Shown in pieces: positions 59,156-64,000 of a stretch of DNA of 64,000 nt (position 1 is the first letter of the stretch; the number at the start of each line of letters is the position of its first letter). The stretch comes from an uncultured bacterium (GTDB lineage Bacteria > Babelota > Babeliae > Babelales > Babelaceae): positions 56,642-120,641 of the forward strand of contig CAWGPQ010000008.1 in the NCBI GenBank assembly GCA_963824495.1, given 5' to 3'. Both the position numbers and the translations under genes were made by a program. The notes below the pieces were generated by a model that saw only the letters and a program-made list of their open reading frames with translations, was not told the origin of the DNA and searched no databases.

Positions 59156-61177
59156 ATGAAAGTACTACACACAATTACTCTCTTACTTGTAACTCTCATT
59201 GGGTCAACCTTAGGCTATGCTATGGATACCAATGAAAATATTCATGAAAATACCAGTGAACCACCAACCAAAAAACAAAAAACAGAAGATACTATACAAG
59301 ATGCTCAAGAAGGCACTTCTAATAGCAGATCGACATATCTTTTTAGCCAAGAAGAAATACAAGGCCATAGCGAAGAACTGTTTACCGCAGCTGCCGATGG
59401 TGATGTCGAAAAGCTTTATATTCTCTTAACGAAAGGAATGCCTGTTGACCTTGTTGATAATAACCAAGAAATAGGCAGGACGGCGCTTGCCATAGCTGCT
59501 CGAGCAGGCCAGCAGGAAGCAGTTGAACTTCTTATTCGCAATGGAGCCAATATTGACACTCAAGATACCAATGGCGCGACACCGCTTCATCTTGCTTTGC
59601 TCAACGGCCACATTAACTTACTACAAACACTGTGCTTTTATAGGGCTGATACTACACTTGCTGATAATAATGGCAATCTTGCCCTTCACCTTGCCGCTAC
59701 ACAAGCAAATGTAGTTACTTTTTACGGTCTTCTTCAAGCTACCCCGGCAAACTTGATCAATGCACAAAATAACGCTGGACAAACACCACTTGCTCTTGCG
59801 CTTGAAAGAAATAATATTGGAACTGCTCAGGTGCTTTTTCGACATAACGCTGCAATAGGTAACTCAGCAAATCAATTAGCCGCAATTATTGCAGACGGGC
59901 ATGTAGAGCACCTTCAAACGGATCAACAGCTCTTGTATTATATCCTTATAGGCGACATAGAACGCGCCAATCATCTTCTTCAGACGGAAGATCCACTAAA
60001 CTATATCGATACAGTAGATGATCTTGATATGACGATTCTTCATTGGGCTGCTGCTCGAGGTTATCATGACGTGGTAGAGTTCCTTCTCCGCGCAGAAGCA
60101 GATATTGACAACGCGGATATAGAAGGTATGCAGCCGCTACACTTTGCTGCACAAAATGGTCATCGTACTATCATGAAGCTATTACTTGCTCATGGAGCAC
60201 TCGTTAACGCACGCGATAGACATGGACAGACACCTCTTCATTATGCGATACTAAGAGGAGACAGGGATAGTGCTGAAATTTTGATTGCAGCCCATGCAGA
60301 TATTAATGCACAAAATGCTCGTGGCCAGAGCTCTTTACACTTAGCAGCATTAACTAGAAACTTAGACCTTGCGCTATTTCTTATCAATCGTAATACAAGT
60401 ATCAATGTCCGTGATAATGAGGGTTTTACACCATTAACCGTTGCAATCATCAATGACAACTTGACCGTCATACGAGCACTCCTCTATTATAATGCTGATA
60501 TAACTGAGCCCAGCAATGATAGTTACACTGCAGCTGAATTTGCTGAGCAGCTCGGCAGACATGATGCTCGTGCTCTTTTAATGAACCCTATCATACCACC
60601 ATTATTGTATGCTGTTATGACACAGAATGAAGAACTAGTGCATCGTCTTCTAGAGCAAAAAAATATAGATATCGCTGCTACTGACGGTATGGGCACTACA
60701 GCGTTAAGTATGGCTGTTCAGATGGGTAACGCTAATTTGGTAAACCTTCTACTCAAGTATGGGGTACAGATGCATCAGACCAATTTAGCAAATAGGGCCG
60801 ATTCTCAAGGGTTTACGCCACTTCATCATGCTGCTGGCAGGGGTCAGCCTGAAATTGTACGCGCATTGCTTAATCATGGTGCTCACGCAAGGGCTTTAAC
60901 ACGCAATAACGAAACTCCTGCGGAGCTTGCACAAGCAAACAACCAATCGGAATGCTTAGAGATTCTGAGGGCTCATATACTACGGCCCTTTCTTGCCCGT
61001 TCATTTAGAGCTGGAGAACGAATCGAACATCTTAGAGAAACACCGTCAAACCTACCCTCAAACGATACCAGATCGCCAATAGCAATTGCAGGAGGAGATG
61101 AGAATATCATGAAAATCATTGCCACATTTCTTGTTCATCAGACTATGCACCATAACCCAAATAATAACAATAATTGA
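59156..61177 (+). CDS. Large secreted ankyrin-repeat protein, family-B tail (tandem array member 3)
   Basis: ATG at 59156 with AAGGAA upstream matches the starts of members 1 and 2. The ORF-track start at 59000 would overlap member 2. Very similar to member 2 along its whole length. Confidence 0.9.
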   Translation: MKVLHTITLLLVTLIGSTLGYAMDTNENIHENTSEPPTKKQKTEDTIQDAQEGTSNSRSTYLFSQEEIQGHSEELFTAAADGDVEKLYILLTKGMPVDLVDNNQEIGRTALAIAARAGQQEAVELLIRNGANIDTQDTNGATPLHLALLNGHINLLQTLCFYRADTTLADNNGNLALHLAATQANVVTFYGLLQATPANLINAQNNAGQTPLALALERNNIGTAQVLFRHNAAIGNSANQLAAIIADGHVEHLQTDQQLLYYILIGDIERANHLLQTEDPLNYIDTVDDLDMTILHWAAARGYHDVVEFLLRAEADIDNADIEGMQPLHFAAQNGHRTIMKLLLAHGALVNARDRHGQTPLHYAILRGDRDSAEILIAAHADINAQNARGQSSLHLAALTRNLDLALFLINRNTSINVRDNEGFTPLTVAIINDNLTVIRALLYYNADITEPSNDSYTAAEFAEQLGRHDARALLMNPIIPPLLYAVMTQNEELVHRLLEQKNIDIAATDGMGTTALSMAVQMGNANLVNLLLKYGVQMHQTNLANRADSQGFTPLHHAAGRGQPEIVRALLNHGAHARALTRNNETPAELAQANNQSECLEILRAHILRPFLARSFRAGERIEHLRETPSNLPSNDTRSPIAIAGGDENIMKIIATFLVHQTMHHNPNNNNN

Positions 61178-61191
61178 TAGAACTCGAGGGT

Positions 61192-61228
61192 CCAGGCTTA
61201 TATAAACTTTTAAACTTTATAAGCCCGG
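61192..61228. terminator. Possible bidirectional terminator hairpin between convergent genes
   Basis: CC-a-GGCTTATA ... TATAAGCC-c-GG with an AT-rich loop. No clean T-run on the + strand. Confidence 0.35.
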
Positions 61229-61266
61229 ACACCTTTCCTTGTACGTGATATGCCCTTCGTAGCTTT

Positions 61267-62271
61267 TCAGCGCAGTGAGGTGAGATTAAAATAACTTTTC
61301 AACTCGGAATAACATGAAAATTTTTGAAGTTCAGTGTCATGTTGTATGAGCTTGTGGAGCAGGGTAAATTGCTGTGGTGCATGGGCAAAAACGTCAGCAA
61401 GTTCTTTAAGCCCCATTGCTACGCTGCTTTCATAGGCTGCAGCATTTTTATTGAAAAAATCAAGTGGATTACTCCAGTTAGGCTGCTCAAGATCAATGAG
61501 TGCTAATTTGTCATCGACAACCATAATATTACGTTTGATATTCCAAATACCAGCATGCTTAATACCTATAAAAAGATCGTGTATATCGTGCTCAGTGAGC
61601 GATGCTATAGCACGAGGGCAATCTTCCAGTACTATGCCCTTAAGTAGTTCCTGAATAATGATATAATTTTCATCTGCAACTTGGGTGGGCCTGTCTGGTA
61701 CATGAACAAGATAGGTGCGGGGTAACCGCAAACGTGTTAAAGCATAATGCTCAATAACCTCACTTAGCTTCAAATAATAAGCACTATGGCTTATAGTTTG
61801 GAAGGTAGAGTAATCAAAAAGGTGGTCAATTTCAGATACTGAGCACTGTTGGTTAAGTTTATTGTAATAGGCAAGAAGCGTATTCAATCTATTAACAGGC
61901 CCAGCTATTTTTACTATATAACGCTCATCTACAGGTAGCGTAAAAACATAATTCCATTTACTTACATTACTGATACCATATTCAGCAAGAAGAGCGTTAT
62001 TATATGCATGTTCTTTGTGAACCTCAGAAATAGGGAAATGACGTATTAGAAGGCGCATCATAAGGCTTTTATGGCAGGTAATCCATGTAAGCACATTTTT
62101 TTTAAGGGCAGCTGGTTGCTGTGGGGCAAGCTTAATGATATTCAGCTGGGTAATAGGTATGTTACGATACGTGGTATAAGTTGCCGTGTGCGTACGCCCA
62201 CTGTCGCCATCTATATCACCCATGAGCATAACACACATACTTAACCAAACAAAATAGTTCTTTTGACCCAT
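61267..62271 (-). CDS. Protein-kinase-like fold protein, catalytic Asp replaced (possible pseudokinase)
   Basis: RYIVKIAGPVNR (beta3 Lys-like), hinge-like YIIIQELL, loop IKHAGIWNIKRN and LALIDLEQ (DFG-like Asp). Collinear with 62455-63171, but His sits where the catalytic Asp is expected. Confidence 0.5.
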   Translation of the reverse strand: MGQKNYFVWLSMCVMLMGDIDGDSGRTHTATYTTYRNIPITQLNIIKLAPQQPAALKKNVLTWITCHKSLMMRLLIRHFPISEVHKEHAYNNALLAEYGISNVSKWNYVFTLPVDERYIVKIAGPVNRLNTLLAYYNKLNQQCSVSEIDHLFDYSTFQTISHSAYYLKLSEVIEHYALTRLRLPRTYLVHVPDRPTQVADENYIIIQELLKGIVLEDCPRAIASLTEHDIHDLFIGIKHAGIWNIKRNIMVVDDKLALIDLEQPNWSNPLDFFNKNAAAYESSVAMGLKELADVFAHAPQQFTLLHKLIQHDTELQKFSCYSELKSYFNLTSLR

Positions 62272-62454
62272 AGCTATTCTTTCTTTATTATCACAGACAC
62301 ATCACACGTCCTGCCATAGCGGTACTATACCACACCCTACCATGAACGTTAAGGCCAGGCAAAGAATTCCATTGAATTCAGTGAGAAAATTGATTTATTT
62401 TTAAAAATCTATATATTTCTAAGTAGATAAACAGCACTTGTGAGGATATCATTC

Positions 62455-63171
62455 ATGAAACTACAACAAACTTTTTTTATCACAACGGCATGTGTACTAC
62501 AGATCCTTCTCATTGCAGCAGATTGCTTACCAGTACCTATAAGTGATGCTCAATTAATCAACCAGCATATGCTCAAAAATAAGCAGGTATACGCAACATT
62601 GAGTAACTTGTTTATACGGTATCGTGATGCGCTTATAAAGAAAAGGGGTCTACCCAATAAAAACAGTATTCAGGAAACATATCTTGTTAATCCTGACTTT
62701 GAAGTATTGCATACACTAGGGTTTAAAAAAATGGGAGAAGGATCGTCCCCCGTTTTTGAGCACAACAAATTGCCCGGCTCAATTATTAAATTTGATGCAG
62801 CAGTTGAAAGACTCAAGGGGCTTAAACTCCTCAAAGAAGTTATACGCAAGAGAAAGCCCTCTATACCTATTGAGTTGCCTTCTAAAAATATAGTCCCGAT
62901 TCAGTTGAATAAGCAACTACATTACATTATTCTCGAGAAAAAATTAGCTTTGGTCCCCAATAATATACAAGCACTTAAGCATTCGCCGTTAAGGCCTCTT
63001 GCTGAAGTAAAGCAGGTTTTACAGGATGCAGGCTACTGTGATGCACATCCCGGCAATATTAAGAAAACCAAAAAGGGGTTTGCCATAATCGATACTGATA
63101 TTCGCAATTATAGTAGACCTGGCGATGCCTGTGGTGTGCGTGAGCTTGAATTAAAATTAGCACAGGCATAG
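62455..63171 (+). CDS. Minimal secreted protein-kinase-like protein
   Basis: ATG at 62455 with GAGGA upstream and leader MKLQQTFFITTACVLQILLIAA. Gly-rich LGFKKMGEGSSPVF, GSIIKFD (Lys), AAVERL (Glu), catalytic loop CDAHPGNIKK (D-x4-N) and AIIDTD (metal-binding Asp). The protein ends about 25 aa later. Confidence 0.6.
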   Translation: MKLQQTFFITTACVLQILLIAADCLPVPISDAQLINQHMLKNKQVYATLSNLFIRYRDALIKKRGLPNKNSIQETYLVNPDFEVLHTLGFKKMGEGSSPVFEHNKLPGSIIKFDAAVERLKGLKLLKEVIRKRKPSIPIELPSKNIVPIQLNKQLHYIILEKKLALVPNNIQALKHSPLRPLAEVKQVLQDAGYCDAHPGNIKKTKKGFAIIDTDIRNYSRPGDACGVRELELKLAQA

Positions 63172-63172
63172 T

Positions 63173-64000
63173 TTAGAAATGCATGCTCATATAATTAGAA
63201 AGAGCAAATGTTAGGCTTTTGCCCAAAACACGTTCTACGCCTTTACCGATAGGAAATTTTCTATAGGGTGAAAAATACGGATCAAGATCTGTTCGTATAC
63301 CCAAGAGAGTTTCAGCACTATACACGCCAAGTGCCGCAGCCCAGGGTAATCCCGTAGCACCACTTATATAATACACTGAAGGATTTTCCCGATCTCGGCC
63401 TGCTAGAGGAGCCAGATCTTTACTAATTCCGATCAAGCCAGGCCACATATACTCAAAGTTTATCGCAATGGTGGGAAACATACGAGTCCAGTAACGTACC
63501 AGCTTTCGGAATATAGTACGATCGTTATGCGATTCATGAGCAGCAAACATAGTAAGCAAACTGCCGCCTCCAAGCAATAACCTGTTACTCCCTGTCAGGC
63601 GATAATACTGGTAAACTATATCAGTATCCCAGACCATTAAGGGCTTATCAGGAAAAATCATAGGTACTTGCTTATCAGAAAGCGGCGATGATAGAAGAAG
63701 AAATGTTTGTGCGTGATACACATCTAAGCTTAATTTGCCAAGCTCAGGAAGGAAGCGATCGGTACAAACAACAACATAATCAGCGGTAACGTTTCCGAAA
63801 GGTGTTTGGGCACTATGAGCGTCAATTTTTACAACAGGTGTTTCTTCGTAAACCTGAATACCAAGATCTTTCAATGCATGCTTAAGACCCTGACAATAAC
63901 GATATGTGTTGATACCAAACGTATCGGTATAGCGCATGGCACCATAATACTTAGATGATCCGAGCACAGCGTGAAGATCCTGCGCGTTATCATACAGCAC
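63173..64000 (-). CDS. FAD-dependent oxidoreductase (DAO family), C-terminal part; N terminus lies beyond the window
   Basis: Frame is open to nt 64000. ISGATGLPWAAALG and the general DAO-like C-terminal pattern. Confidence 0.55.
   Translation of the reverse strand: MLYDNAQDLHAVLGSSKYYGAMRYTDTFGINTYRYCQGLKHALKDLGIQVYEETPVVKIDAHSAQTPFGNVTADYVVVCTDRFLPELGKLSLDVYHAQTFLLLSSPLSDKQVPMIFPDKPLMVWDTDIVYQYYRLTGSNRLLLGGGSLLTMFAAHESHNDRTIFRKLVRYWTRMFPTIAINFEYMWPGLIGISKDLAPLAGRDRENPSVYYISGATGLPWAAALGVYSAETLLGIRTDLDPYFSPYRKFPIGKGVERVLGKSLTFALSNYMSMHF

Noticed and set aside
1-64000. Possible CRISPR arrays suggested by the many short periodic repeats.
   Set aside because: All periodic repeats have a ~99-nt period and are coding (ANK repeats). 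No array of short direct repeats with unique spacers was seen, and there are no cas-like genes.

Overview
This looks like a chromosomal segment of a low-GC, host-associated and probably obligately intracellular bacterium. My guess is a Dependentiae/TM6-like or similar amoeba/protist symbiont, inferred from gene content only. Ordinary housekeeping genes (dnaE, ruvB-yebC-yicC, SEDS RodA/FtsW, uvrA, mutS, argS, mnmA, pgsA, ssb, grpE, lepA, tRNA-His, tRNA-Pro, an ABC-2 exporter) alternate with a dense set of accessory genes that appear secreted. There are 12 ankyrin-repeat (ANK) loci covering about 18 kb, roughly 29% of the window. They include a three-gene tandem array and two decayed copies. Eight ANK proteins combine an N-terminal signal-like leader with a shared C-terminal tail of about 50 aa that I cannot assign to a known sorting signal or domain; this is my main candidate for something new. 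Other items of interest:
- an uncharacterised ~450-aa domain fused to ANK repeats, next to a pseudogenised tandem copy showing mosaic identity
- a GH81 beta-1,3-glucanase with a CBM-like tail
- a divergent pair of minimal kinase-like secreted proteins
- a fused MNT-HEPN protein
- a Cys-rich secreted family with three members, and several further paralogue pairs
- a csaA-like gene with no canonical start codon
- a UvrA that lacks the insertion domain
No CRISPR array, rRNA, transposase or integrase was seen. All homology calls come from motif recognition by eye; no searches were run.
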